Notes: generated by a model not told the origin, from the sequence alone. 64,000 bases of DNA from Eledone cirrhosa (GCA_964016885.1 OZ024743.1:159402001-159466000), one strand, 5' to 3'; numbered from the stretch's first letter, positions 47,069 to 60,811 are shown. Numbers and translations are program-made.

Positions 47069-48251
47069 GAAAATTTAAGTAAGAAAAAAATTTTTTTTAA
47101 AATTTTTTTTAAAAAATATTTTCTTATTTTACGTCCTTTATATTATTGTTCTGCATTCTCCTGCATTGAACCACCTAGGTACTATGACATAACCTGTGTA
47201 TTTGCTGACATGGGCGTGCATCTGTGCGCTTATGTTAGTTGATATATTAAATTATCTATATTTATCTCCAAATCACTGATTTGTCGAGCAAACTTGTCAA
47301 AACCACTTCTAAAAAAATTTTTTTTGGGGTGTTAGTAGGCGTCAGTCATCTTACCATCCCATTCCTTCTAACTAGCCTCTGTGTCACGTGATTGATTCTT
47401 TAGAATCGGCCATTTGACTTGAAGCAGTGAGAATTTCGGTACATAGAATTCAGTCCTCGCAAGCTGTTCGATCTACCGAATTATTATTATTTTTATATGA
47501 GCCGCCAGTGTCCGCGCATTGCCTGGAGACTTAACTGAGAATAGACTTCCTGATGACGCAATGAATTCTCGACAGTTGGATTACATAACTGTCTTTATCC
47601 CATTGCAGAAACTAATTAGTTGGAGTGAAAATTTAAGTAAGAAAAAAATTTTTTTTTAAATTTTTTTTAAAAAATATTTTCTTATTTTACGTCCTTTATA
47701 TTATTGTTCTGCATTCTCCTGCATTGAACCACCTAGGTACTATGACATAACCTGTGTATTTGCTGACATGGGCGTGCATCTGTGCGCTTATGTTAGTTGA
47801 TATATTAAATTATCTATATTTATCTCCAAATCACTGATTTGTCGAGCAAACTTGTCAAAACCACTTCTAAAAAAATTTTTTTTGGGGTGTTAGTAGGCGT
47901 CAGTCATCTTACCATCCCATTCCTTCTAACTAGCCTCTGTGTCACGTGATTGATTCTTTAGAATCGGCCATTTGACTTGAAGCAGTGAGAATTTCGGTAC
48001 ATAGAATTCAGTCCTCGCAAGCTGTTCGATCTACCGAATTATTATTATTTTTATATGAGCCGCCAGTGTCCGCGCATTGCCTGGAGACTTAACTGAGAAT
48101 AGACTTCCTGATGACGCAATGAATTCTCGACAGTTGGATTACATAACTGTCTTTATCCCATTGCAGAAACTAATTAGTTGGAGTGAAAATTTAAGTAAGA
48201 AAAAAATTTTTTTTTAAATTTTTTTTAAAAAATATTTTCTTATTTTACGTC

Positions 48252-48359
<108 letters not shown>

Positions 48360-48761
48360 AAATGGGAGTGCAGCATATTCGAAGCCAGAGCCTCAGCTAA
48401 GCCGACGAATGCTTTCAGCAGTGCAGCCGAGCCCTCGACAAGGTATAGGACCTCAGGTGTATTAACATAAAGTTTAAAGGGCTTTGCAAAATGAAGGCAG
48501 CGACCGGTAATTCAGCCGGGGTCCGTAGCAACGAAAGAACTGACTCGTGAGAAAAAAATATTCATACACATATACATACATATACATATATATATACACA
48601 TATACATATATATACATATAACATACATGGACCATCACTTCGAATATTTTGCAATATCTCAGTTAGGTTTTTGTAAATCCGAAATCAACAAAATCCGCTT
48701 GCAGTGTATTCAAGTTATGTTTCTGGAGGATCGAACAGTGGATTATATATAAATATATGTA

Positions 48762-49500
48762 AGTTATCCCCGGTTAAATAGGAGGTAACCACAGTAATTA
48801 AAGTACTCAATACAAAGCAGAGTATAACAGTTTTAATATAGAAGAGATTCTACAGGACTAGAACCGTTTCATTCGTGAGAAATCATCAGGAATCAGACTG
48901 TCCAAGTAAATATATTGGTATTTATATCTTTTCTGGTGGTAGGAGAAGGTAGGGAGTGGGATGGGTGGAGGTCATTGGTTGAAAGAAAAGGGAATTCATT
49001 AAAAGCTAATTCTTTAAAGCTATAATTTACATTTAGAGTGACAAAGGCTGAAAGAATTCTATAAACAAGTTCAAATTGGTGTGCCACTCCTTATTTTTAA
49101 GTTTCTCTTCAGCTAATAATTGTTTCTACTTTTGGCACAAGGCCAGCAATTCACTAGTGTATTACTGGTACTTTATTTTATCGACCCCGTAAGAATGAAA
49201 GGCGAAGTTAACCTCGGCGGGATTTGAACTCAGAATGGCAAGGACCGTAACTCTATGCGGCAAAGCCTGGCGTCCGACCCTCTACCGATACTGCCAATCC
49301 AGCTATATTTCAGGTGTCTATAAGAAGGCTGGAGATAAGTCATGGTTGATGGGTTTAAAGAAAGGGGAATTCATTAAAAGCTAATTCTTTAAAGCATCAC
49401 TTAGAGTGACAAAAGCAGAAAGAATTCTATAAACAAGTTCAGATTATGGGTGCTTCTACTTATTGTCAAGTTTCTCTTATGCTATATTTCAAGTGTGTAC
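48762..49500 (-). mobile_element. Non-coding HHR-bearing repeat (PLE-tail-like) with SINE inserted at 49117-49300
   Basis: Reverse-complement homolog of 59790-60290; internal ~130 bp duplication; HHR at ~48845-48896. Confidence 0.8.
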
Positions 49501-49539
49501 AAATACATTCACACACACACAGAGATAAATAAATAAATA

Positions 49540-49540
49540 A

Positions 49541-49575
<35 letters not shown>

Positions 49576-49618
49576 CATATTATATATATATATAATTTAT
49601 ATATATATATATACATAT

Positions 49619-49670
<52 letters not shown>

Positions 49671-49677
49671 TATAATT

Positions 49678-49708
<31 letters not shown>

Positions 49709-49729
49709 AATTTATATATATATATATAC

Positions 49730-49779
<50 letters not shown>

Positions 49780-50014
49780 CATATATATATATACATATAT
49801 ATATATACATATATATATACATATATATATACATATATATATATACATATTATATATATATACATATTATATATATATACATATTATATATATATACATA
49901 TTATATATATATATATATAATTTATATATATATATACATATTATATATATATAAATCATTTATATATATATATATAAATTATATATATATATATATAATT
50001 TATATATATATATA

Positions 50015-50053
<39 letters not shown>

Positions 50054-50087
50054 ATATATATATAATTTATATATATATATATATATA

Positions 50088-50179
<92 letters not shown>

Positions 50180-50284
50180 TACACACATACACACACATAT
50201 TCATATACACATATAGATATATACATATATACATATATATATACACATACAAACACACACATATATATATATATATATGTATGT
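49540..50284. repeat. Imperfect (TA)n array
   Basis: Direct. Confidence 0.96.
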
Positions 50285-52900
50285 AGATAAATCTACCAAA
50301 ATATACGGTAGTGTCCAATCCGTATGAAGAACTCAATGTAATCCAAATATAGAAGATATCATGAAAAGAGAAGATGCATTCACAGATTTACGATAAAAAT
50401 CACAGGAAAAGAGAGTTAAGATAAATTAATAAAAACAATGAAATAAAAACAAAGAACAAGTTCCTTTTTATTAAAAAATTCATCATTATCCGATCGTTTC
50501 TGGGATGGATATGTATGTTGGTATGTATATCATATAGATCTATGTAAAAAGATTATAAATTATCAGAGGCAATATACATACCTTCACATATCCATGCCCT
50601 GCTCGGAAATGATGAGATGTGTTTATTGAAAAAAACAAAGAATTAATATAATGGGTCTGTTTGGGAAAAGGTTTTAAATTGACCAATAGAAAAGGAGTTA
50701 GAGGTCAAGTTGATAGAATAACAGTAGTAGAAATTAAATCTAGGGGTAGAGGAATGCAGACTTATGCTTTGAATCAAAAGAATACTATGGAGATGAAACG
50801 AGGTTAAGTCAAGAAGATAGTGAAGGGTACACGAACATTTTGTGTTATTAAAGAATATTGTTAAAAACGAAATAAAATAAAATATTAGGTTAAGGGTATT
50901 AGTGAGAAATACCTATCTTATTTAAACCACAAGGAATCTAGATATATAACAAGAAATTAAATTAATTGATATGTATACTTACAGTGATAAAGTTATATTA
51001 ATCCATATGAATGTGATAAATAAAAACTTGATGTTATTAAAGATTGTTGTTAAAAACGAAGGAAAATAAAATTTTGGGATAAGGGTATTAGTGAGAAATA
51101 CAAATCTTATTTAAACTAGAAGGAATCTAAATACATAACAGGAAATTAAATTAATTTATAGGTATACTTACAGGGATAAAATAATATTAATACATATGAA
51201 TGTGATTTATAAAGAAGTAAGAAATTAAAGCAATAAAAAATAAAAAATAAATATATGGAAAAACTGAAGTAGAAAACATTATTTTATAAAGATTTGGCGG
51301 AGGATTGGCAGTATCGGTAGAGGCTCGGACGCCATGCTTTGAAGCATAGAGTTGCTTTCCAGCATAGTTACGTCCCTTTATGATCTGAGTTCAAATCCCG
51401 CCGAGGTTGACTTTGCCTTTCATCCTTACGGGGTCGATAAAATAAAGTACCAGTAATGCATTGGGTATTTGCTGGCCTTGTGCCTAAAGTAGAAACAATT
51501 ATAATTATTTTATAAAGAGTTTTGTATCTATACGGACATTGATGATATATAAGATATTAATTATATTTAATAATCATAGGTATTAAATGTTATAAATAGG
51601 GATGCGATTAAATGAACTAGTGTGGTTAAAAATAATTTTAGAAAAAGAGAGCTATAAGAGGGAAATAAAAATATGAAGTTATCTGTAGTAAATTACAAAT
51701 TATAGGTTAACCAAATAAAAAAAAAACAATTATAATAATTTGTAAAATATAAGAGTAAGGTGTATATTAATTAGGTTTATAATATTTGAAGTTTCTTCTA
51801 TTTCTATGATTGCAAGATATAATTAATTCCTGTCGTTTATTTAATAGGATATCCTTAGATTTCAAAAAGTTCTTGGGAGCATAACCTACTCTCGTATCTG
51901 ATATTTTGATAAGGGGTAGCCCTTTTGAGCACGCTCCAGGTCAGGTTGTAATCGATGTTCTTCTTTCTATAATTATTATTGGTTTCAGCCAAGGATGTTG
52001 TATTAGCAAATGCGGCATTTTTAAAACTATGTTTGAGGGTATTAAATCTTACTTTAAATTGGTTAGACGTAGCGCCTATATATGAATCCTTAGTGGAATC
52101 CTTAGTGCTAATTTTACATTTATAAACTATGTTATTAATAAGACAATTTCCCTTTAATGGGCAATTTCTTATGATTCTACAGTTACAACCATTCGTGAAT
52201 ATTATATCAGGGGAGTTAGTCAAATTTGGTGTGGAGTTTACAGGACTTGTTATAGGTGAAGGAGATGGTGATTTGTTACGGTTTATTTTAGTATTATTAT
52301 GGTTGGTTTGGTGTGTTGGTGGTATATTTATGGGTTTTTTACACTTATATGCGTTGTACGCACTTATATTATGTTGTATATTTTTGGTAGTGGAGTAGGA
52401 AAATTTGACAGTAGATCTATTTAAAATTTGATGGTATTTATGGTTTTGTGGGAAGTTTTTCTCTAGGATAGCAAAGAATTGTTTAGAGATATGGTCTTTA
52501 ATTTGTAGATTAAATGGAGCCTTATACCAGGTAACCCGTCTATTACGGTTTCGATATTGTTTCTTATATTTATACGATGTATCAGGAGGTTTACTAAGAG
52601 AGTTACTATTAGTGATTTTTATTATATACATGTTTAGTTAGATTAACTGATTTAGGAGTTTTAGTCTGATTACTAGGAATTTTGTTAGTAATGTTGTTAA
52701 CATATATTGGAGTATTAGGATGAATGGTTGTTTGAAAGTCATTATATTTTATGTGAGAAGAGGTAGAGAAATTAAGTTTTAGGTTGGTGTTTTTAGGTGT
52801 AGTATGAGTGGCATTTAGGTGTGGGTTTTTCATTTGGTGTTTGCTGGTAATATTAGGTTGTATGTTTGAAATATTATTGGTGTAAGGTATGTAGACTAAT
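50283..52900 (-). mobile_element. Penelope-like element copy 5 (5'-truncated; linker + GIY-YIG + 3' UTR)
   Basis: ORF 52631-51855: VTWYKAPF..NFPQNHKY..KFSYSTT..CNCR..CPLKGNCL..IVYKC..YIGATS. ~189 bp tandem duplication at 50843-51213. Decayed HHR-like fold at 50480-50615. Confidence 0.88.
51296..51502 (+). mobile_element. Full-length tRNA-derived SINE with TSD
   Basis: A box TGGCAGTATCGG, B box GAGTTCAAATCC, central GCCTTTCATCCTTACGGGGTCGATAAA..GTACCAG (Meta/MESC-like, from memory); ATTATTTTATAAAGA duplicated. Confidence 0.92.
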
Positions 52901-53600
52901 TCCCATACAAGTCTGAGTTTTTCATCGTCAGTGTATACTGATTAATGTTCAGAGCCATCCTCAGTATTCTCGTGTAGCACCCACCACCATCTGAGTGAGT
53001 TTCTTGGTCAGTGTCCAAGTCTCAGGCACGTACAGCAGCATAGATTCAACTACAGCAATGAAGGGGCGGATTTTCTGGTCTTTACGAAGGTCCGACTTCC
53101 ACACGCTTCTCAAGCTGTGGCATATCGCCCAGGCCTTGCTCTTCCTCTCAACCACATCATCTTCCGTATTCCCAATCTTTGCTCCCAAATACAGGAAGTC
53201 CTCAACCAATTCTAGCGGCTTCCCGCCTACATTAGTGATCCCCTCGGGCTTCTCAACATTCGCCACCAGATATTTTGTTTTAGTCTCATTCATTCTCAGC
53301 CCCACATTCATCGACACAGTCTCAACCTCCTACATCAAATCCTCTGCCTCTTTCACTGTATTTGTCACCAAAACTATGTCGCAGCAAATTCAGCATCCGA
53401 TATCCAGAGTTGACATTGCACTCAGTGCTCCTGTGGCAGTCGCTACATGGACACACTAGAAGAGGAAGACCAAGGTTAACGTATGTTGATGCCCTAAGGA
53501 CAGACACGGGTCTGTTGAGACACAGGACATGGCAGCGATAATGCGGGACAGAGACAGCTGCAGACAATTCCTCCATGGATCTCGGGAATTTTACCCGCCC
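52895..53600 (+). mobile_element. RTE-clade LINE fragment with 5' inversion
   Basis: Minus 53385-52895 is RT C-part (VGLRMNETKTKY, FLYLGA, WTLT); plus 53390-53590 is the 3' end (LLWQ..HG..RGRPRLTYVD..MRDRD). Confidence 0.8.
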
Positions 53601-53653
53601 TAGAAATATATATGTGTTTTCTTGTGTATATTTATATATATATATATATATAT

Positions 53654-53877
53654 ATAAATTAATAAAAACAATGAATAAAAACAAAGAAACAGTTCCTTAT
53701 TATAAGGAACTGTTTCTTTGTTTTTATTCATTGTTTTTATTAATTTATCTTGACTGTTTGCCTGTGGTTTTCATCGAAGAAATGTTTGAATACATCTTCT
53801 CTTTTCATGATATTTGGATTACATTGAGTTCTTCATACGGATTGGACACTACCGTCTATTTTTGTAGATTTATCTAC
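53654..53877 (+). repeat. Inverted copy of the PLE copy 5 3' terminus, beginning with a perfect 95 bp palindrome
   Basis: 53705-53877 is the reverse complement of 50283-50465; 53654-53700 and 53702-53748 are perfect inverted arms. Confidence 0.88.
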
Positions 53878-53885
53878 CCCCCCCC

Positions 53886-53948
<63 letters not shown>

Positions 53949-53985
53949 GTGGGTATATATGTATATGTGTGTATGTATGTATATA

Positions 53986-54028
<43 letters not shown>

Positions 54029-54236
54029 ATATATGTATATATATACATATACACACATATATATATATATGCATATATATATGTGTATATGTGTGTGTAT
54101 TTATATATATGTATATGTGTATGTATAAGTATATGCATATGTGTATATGTATGTGTGTGTGTGTATGTGTGTATATATGTGTATATGTATATATATATAT
54201 ATACATAAAAATATATATATATGCATATATATATAT

Positions 54237-57200
54237 AAAAAACGATTATTAGGAAGAAACATATATTTTTTTCCCTTTTTATTTCTTTCTCTTTTTTTTC
54301 TGGGTTAGAAAATGATTAAAACGAAATATTTTACTTTGTATGAAGTGTTAAGGTATTAGTTGATTGATTTATTAATTAACAATGGCATTTATTTATTTAA
54401 TTATTTATATATTTAATAATTGTCTATTACCGGTTTCAGAATTTTTATGCATTATAAAATGATAATAATATGTATTGGTGTAGAATGGCGGTGTTGTACT
54501 TGTTAAAGAAATGGTGCAGAAAGAATAATGTTATTTACAAACAAGGTTTATGAAGTGAAAAGAAAAAAGAAAAAAAGAAAAAAAGGGTAGTAATGTGGAG
54601 CATAATAAGTCAATGTGAAAGAAAAACTAATGTAATTTACAGGCATATAACAGCAACAGCAGAACTCAATATAACCACACAAGACAACCCTACTACCACT
54701 ACCACCAAGTCTACATACCCTACAACAACAGCAGTGCTCAGCACAACCATGCGATACAACCCAACTTCAACAACCACCACAACTTTACACCCTATAACCA
54801 CGTCCATCAAATCTACACACTCTACAACAACATCAGCAGGGCACAATACAACCACACGATACAACCTAACTTCAACAACCACCACAGCTACACACCATCT
54901 AACAACAACTGCAGGGGCCAATACAACCATAAGAGACATCCAAACTTCAACAGCCACCACAACTTCCGTAATCATTTTTTAGACACAGCACACAGACACA
55001 GGATAACAAGATAACACAAAACACACAGGAGACACAAAATGTAATAAAAATTGTTAATTTAACCTCTAAAGATTTAACAACAGACCCAATCAACATACTC
55101 TCCAAAGTTCTAAAATTTACACCAACTCCCCAACAACCAAACTACCCCGAAATGAAGGAAGATATTGCAGAATTCTGTAGAAAACTAAGACTCAGCGAGC
55201 ATCTATACGAGAAGTACAATGTGGATGACTCAATAGCCAGAAATAGAAGCAAAAACACTCCAGCAAAAGGCAAGAACAAATTCCTCGATCAATTCTGCGA
55301 ACACATTACTAATTACCCATACCACCACCTACAGAGACATAAACAAAAACCACACCTAAGCAAACAAGAATGGAATAGTCTTAACAGTCTAAAGACCGTC
55401 AAAACCCTAACAATCAAAGATCAGAGAAAGGGAGTGCAGTAGTCCTTATGGGGACAGATTATTACACGACTCTAGTACTCTCAACTCTAGAAAACCAAAC
55501 ATATTATGAAAAGGCCCAACACTACACACAACAGAATATAATGAGAAACCTAAAATCCCTAACAACCCTTTACAAAGAAGTCCGTACAGACAAGGAATAC
55601 AACTACATCACCAATTTCAAAAGCAGAACCAGCCTCTTCTACGCTATCCCAAAGACACACACAAGCGAAGTAATAGGTAGGGCCTGCAAGCAAGCCACAG
55701 ATATTTACATCAATATAGCCCCTCCTGATGACCTTAAATTAAGATCCATAATAGCAGGTACCACATGTGAAACCCACCGCCTAAGCAACCTCCTAGATAT
55801 TCTGCTTAAACCTTTCCTAAAAAACACAGAAAGCTTCATAATGGACCACCTTGACATGCTCAACCACCTCCCAACAACACTCAATAATGAACATACTCTA
55901 CTATTAACCTTTGATGTCATCAATTTATATTCTAATATCCCACACAACCTAGGTATAGAGGCAATAGAATTCAAGCTTGAAAAATTCCCTAGTGAACTCC
56001 CACAGCGCATCCCTAAAGATCTGTGTTGGAAGGACTCAAATTCCTCTTGGAAAACAATTTCTTCGAATTCAATGCCAAATACGACCAAAAATACGACAGA
56101 CAGAAATCTGGGACTGCCATGGGCACGAAAGTAGCCCCCTCATACGCCAACCTTGTCATGAGATATTTGGAAACCACTCTCTACCGCAAAGTTCTAGACA
56201 AATACGGCAACCAATTCTACCAACACATAGAAAAGAACTGGAAGAGATATCTGGACGACTTCTTCATCCTCTGGCATGAAAGTATAGATAGACTGGTTGA
56301 GTTTAAACACAAACTTACAATTCAGAATGGATTACAGCCATGAACAACTCCCTTTCCTCGACATCCTCATCAAGAAAACAAACAACAAAATAGAAACAGA
56401 CATATACTACAAACCCACAAACTCCAAACAATAGCTTCCATTCAACTCGGGCCACCCTAGACACACTAAAATGGCAATTCCTTATAACCTAGCCAGAAGG
56501 ACCTGCACAATAGTTTCAGATAAATATACATGCTACACACGACTAGAATAATTAAAAAACATACTTATCAGCAGAAACTACCCACCATATCTAATCAACA
56601 ATGGATTCCAACATGCCCTAAAACTCGACATCCAGGAACCGCAAAAGAAAACTTTACCATACATCTCCACACACAATCCCCTCAACAATGAGGCATTCGA
56701 CAGGATCCTCCAGAACATTCCTTTACTAAAAAGAGACCCAAGAATGAACAAAATCCTCCAAACACACAAATTCATAAAGAGTAAAAGACAACCTAAATCC
56801 ATAAAAAACATCCTCACACAAGCCAAAATCCAACAAACCCTTACAAAGAACCCTACAGTAACAAAATACGGAAGGCCCAAGTGTGGCATATGCATAAATC
56901 TAATAGAAAGGTCAACATTCCATTTTAAACAAGGACAACATTTCACAGTTAAACAACATTTTACATGTGCATCTGAAAACCTAATCTATTATTTGACCTG
57001 CTCAGGTTGTCAAGAGCACTAAAAGGACAGACAAAAAACAGCCTCCGACAGCGTATGACAATCCATAAATCACAAATCAAAATACAGGAATACAGAAAGA
57101 TTGCATTTAGTGAACATATCGCCAATTGTTGCACCCAACCAACATCCAAACTTTAAAATGTTTCCCCATTTACAAATTCATAGACAACGCTACTTTCATA

Positions 57201-57960
57201 CATCGTACAAATAAGGAAACGTATTTCATTAACAAATTCCAACCTCTACTTAATACACTAAACTTCGGACTAAACTAAAACTGGAACGAACAATAAACAT
57301 TTACAAACACCTATGTCTCTCTAAAGAGTCACCTCCTCACACCCTACTTAATCCTTTTTCTTAAATAAATTAAATATCATCCAGCATGAATTACCTCCCC
57401 CTGCATATTAACTCTGTAAAAAGGGAAATCATATCAAACACCAGTCCACCGTTTACCTCCATCATGGATCAACTAAGCACTCTTGCTATATTAACACATT
57501 TTGATCTGCTTATCTTCAAGAACTGTTCCTGTAAATAACATTACTTTTTCTTGCACATTGACTTATTATGCTCCACATTACCCCCCTTTTTTTCTTTTTT
57601 TTTTCTTTTCACTTCATAAACCTTGTTCGTAAATAACATTACTCTTTCTGTACCATTTCTTTAACATGTCCAACACCAACATTCTACACCAATACATATT
57701 ATCATTTGATAATGCATAAAAATGCTGAAACCGGTAATAGACAATTATTAAATATATAAATAAATAAATAAATGTCATTGTTAATTAATAAATCAATCAA
57801 CTAATACCTTAACACTTCACACAAAGTAAAATATTTCGTTTTAATCATTTTCTAACCCAGAAAAAAGAGAGAAATAAGTAAAAAGGGAAAACAAAATTCT
57901 TTTCTTCCGAATAATCGTTTTTTTCTCCCTGTTTTCATATATATATATCCTAACTCGTGT
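54237..57960 (+). mobile_element. Penelope-like element copy 6 (different lineage, Neptune-like Cys linker) with inverted terminal repeat
   Basis: LKFTPTP, LTFDVINLYSNIPH, GTAMGTKVAPSYANL, WKRYLDD, LPFLDI, PKCGIC..FTCASENLIYYLTCSGC; 54237-54643 is the inverse of 57528-57923. Confidence 0.93.
57698..57745 (+). ncRNA. Minimal HHR, UUGAUAA (U3-A8) variant
   Basis: ATTATCAT-TTGATAA-T GCAT aaaa ATGC T-GAAACCGGTA-ATAGACAAT; palindromic helix III; decayed inverse at 54419-54466. Confidence 0.65.
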
Positions 57961-58116
57961 GCTTCCGCTCTACATTTTATTATTATATATATATATATAT
58001 ATAAACGGAAAAAGACGAGCACCGAGGTACGTCGGTGCTCCTCTTTTTCTGTTTATCTGAGGGTTCTAAACCCCATTATCGGGCTAGAGTCCCTTTAGTC
58101 AAAAATACGGTGAAGG

Positions 58117-58150
<34 letters not shown>

Positions 58151-58209
58151 TTCAAGAGTAACCAATCTTAAAGAGAGAGATGGAGATAGGAGAGGAGAGA
58201 TTGGTGAAT

Positions 58210-59435
58210 TCTCTATCCTATCTATACACCCCCCCCCCCCAACCATAGATATTACAAACTCTTTAATAAAAATAACATTAAAATCTCATTCTCCACAACA
58301 CCTAACCTAGCTAGGCACATCGCATTCAGTAACCATCATAAACTAAGACAGTATAACTCCCACACCGCGGTACCACCACCCCTATCAAATACGCCACGCC
58401 ACTACACCAATACTTACTCTAGTAGCACACCTCCCCCATCTAATCCTTCTAACACTGACCAACCGCTTAGGTTAAACTACCCTACTCTCACTAACCGCAG
58501 AAGCAACTGCAACTGCCGTTACCCTAATACATGCCCACTAAATGGACACTGCCTGACACCCAACATAGTCTATAGGTGCACGGTTAAAACTGCTTCGAAT
58601 ACCAGCTCCTATATCAGGTCTACCTCTAACCCTTTATAACGCGCACTCTTTTTCCTTCCAAGACCCTAACAACAGATGTTTGACATCTCTAGCAAGGCTC
58701 TTTAAAGACCTTAAATTAACCAACATTGAACACTCACTAACATGGGATATCTTAGCTAGGGCCCAACCGTTCAATGGACGATAAAATCTTGTTATCTCTG
58801 TATTACAGAAGCATATTACATAACTCTATCACGACCTCTAGCGATTAACGTTAGAACAGAGGTAACTATTAGCTGTCAACATCGAAGGGCTAATTCCTTC
58901 GCCAACAGAATATTTGACCCAACATAGTCATCTAGCCCCATTTTTACTTGTAGCTAATAAGTTAAATAGCTATAACTAACTTAGATAATTATAAGTTACC
59001 TCCACTACATTGTCTCTCAATTAAAAAATTAAAAAATTAGCACTTAACTATAAACTACCCACCATTTCTAATCTCTCGTGTAGTTACATCCCCTTAAACC
59101 ACCCTCTAATTAGTAAGGTAAATATGTTCATTGGCGGCCATCTTGTTACCCATAGGCAGATCTCACACAATGCAGCCTCGACAGAAGAATACTGCTTGAT
59201 TATGGCAGACAATTGATACACCCAGGACACCATAGTGAACTACCAATATATGGAACATTACATTATGTAACATTCATTCCTTATTTTTAATTTATATTCC
59301 TTTGAAGTTCCGATGAGCCGCTCTGTCTTTAACTATGTTAATTATTTTCAACTGAACCAGATCAATAATGATATATAGTCATTTGATCCAGAAATATTAT
59401 ATGGAGTAGCGAAACAATTGTAAATGGACATTATT
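58210..59435 (+). pseudogene. Penelope-like element copy 7 (decayed EN fragment + 3' UTR)
   Basis: NHRYYKLFNKNNIKISFSTTPNLA..NCNCRYPNTCPLNGHCLTPNIVYRC; weak HHR remnant CCGATGA..GAAACAATTGTA at 59310-59422. Confidence 0.8.
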
Positions 59436-59451
59436 ATTATTTATATTATTA

Positions 59452-59645
59452 GGCGAGTGATGGCAGTATCGGTAGAGGGTCTGACGCCATGCTTTGCAGC
59501 AAAGAGTTACGGCCCTTGCCATTCTGAGTTCAAATGCCGCCGAAGTTAACTTTGCCTTTCATCCTTATGGGGTCGATGAAATAAAGTACCAGTATAACAC
59601 TGAGAAAATTGCTGGCCTTGTTCCAAAAGTAGAAACAATTATTAT
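59452..59645 (+). mobile_element. tRNA-SINE in an (ATT)n tract
   Basis: Homologous to 51296-51502. Confidence 0.88.
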
Positions 59646-59789
59646 TAATATTATTATTATTATTCTCTACATTCCTTACATCAAACTAAAATATGTTGAC
59701 AATCTTTTAATAATATCTTCATTGTGAAATTTGTTGTCTTGTTTTGCTTAACTAATGTATATATATATATGTGTTTATCTGTGTGTGTG

Positions 59790-60290
59790 AATGTATTTGT
59801 AGACACCTGCAATATAGCATAGGAGAAACTTGACAATAAGGAGTAGCACCGACAATTTGAACTTGTTTATAGAATTCTTTCTGCCTTTGTCACTCTAAGT
59901 GATGCTTTAAAGAATTAGCTTTTAAAGAATTCCCCTTTCTTTAAACCCATCAACCATGACTGACCTCCAACCTTCTTATAGATACCTGAAATATAGGCAT
60001 TGTTAGCTTAAGAGAAACTTAAAGATAAGGAGTGGCACACCAATTTGAACTTGTTTATAGAAATCTTTCCGCCTTTGTCACTCTAAATGTAAATTATAGC
60101 TTTAAAGAAATAACTTTTAATGAATTCAATTTTCTTTCAACCAATGACCTCAACCCATCCCACTCCCCACCTTCTACCACCAGAAAATATATAAATACCA
60201 CCATATATACTTGGACAGTCAGATTCCTGATGATTTCTCACGATTGAAACAGTTCTAGTCCTGTAGAATCTCTTCTATATTGAAACTATA
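59790..60290 (+). mobile_element. Non-coding HHR-bearing repeat, second copy
   Basis: Homolog of 48762-49500 without the SINE. Confidence 0.8.
60221..60271 (+). ncRNA. Type I HHR
   Basis: AGATTC-CTGATGA-TTTCTCACGATT-GAAACAG..CTGTA-GAATCT; perfect 6 bp helix I, 4 bp helix III, GUA site, weak helix II. Confidence 0.75.
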
Positions 60291-60383
60291 TATGTATATA
60301 CATATTGTTATGCTTTCTTAAGCATAACAATATCGGTTTCAACACACGTTTTCAGATAAAGAATCTTGCTAAACAAATTCATG

Positions 60384-60453
<70 letters not shown>

Positions 60454-60511
60454 TATGTGTATATATATATATGTATTTATATATATATACATATATGTGT
60501 ATATGTATATG

Positions 60512-60598
<87 letters not shown>

Positions 60599-60740
60599 CG
60601 GTTTCTGAATTTGTTTAGCAAGATTCTTTATCTGAAAACGTGTGTTGTAACCGATATTGTTATATTTTGGGAGGGTCATGTTACCAATAAGAAACACACG
60701 CACCAGCTGGTTTTCACTTCAATTTATTATAATAAATTTA

Positions 60741-60811
60741 TAAATTTAGGAATTTATAAATTTAGGAATTTATAAATTTAGGAATTTATAAATTTAGGAA
60801 TTTATAAATTT
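60741..60811. repeat. 16 bp minisatellite (TAAATTTAGGAATTTA)x~4.5
   Basis: Direct. Confidence 0.9.

Noticed and set aside
45018-47242. 93 aa ORF repeated in the 557 bp unit
   Set aside because: TTG start, crosses A/T homopolymers, broken in the later copies, and overlaps the HHR.
51296-51405. tRNA gene
   Set aside because: The A/B boxes are the head of a SINE; no full cloverleaf.
54593-54982. Mucin-like host gene
   Set aside because: Lies inside the PLE inverted termini, directly upstream of the RT.
60741-60811. Telomeric repeat (TTAGG-like)
   Set aside because: The unit is 16 bp, not tandem TTAGGG/TTAGG.
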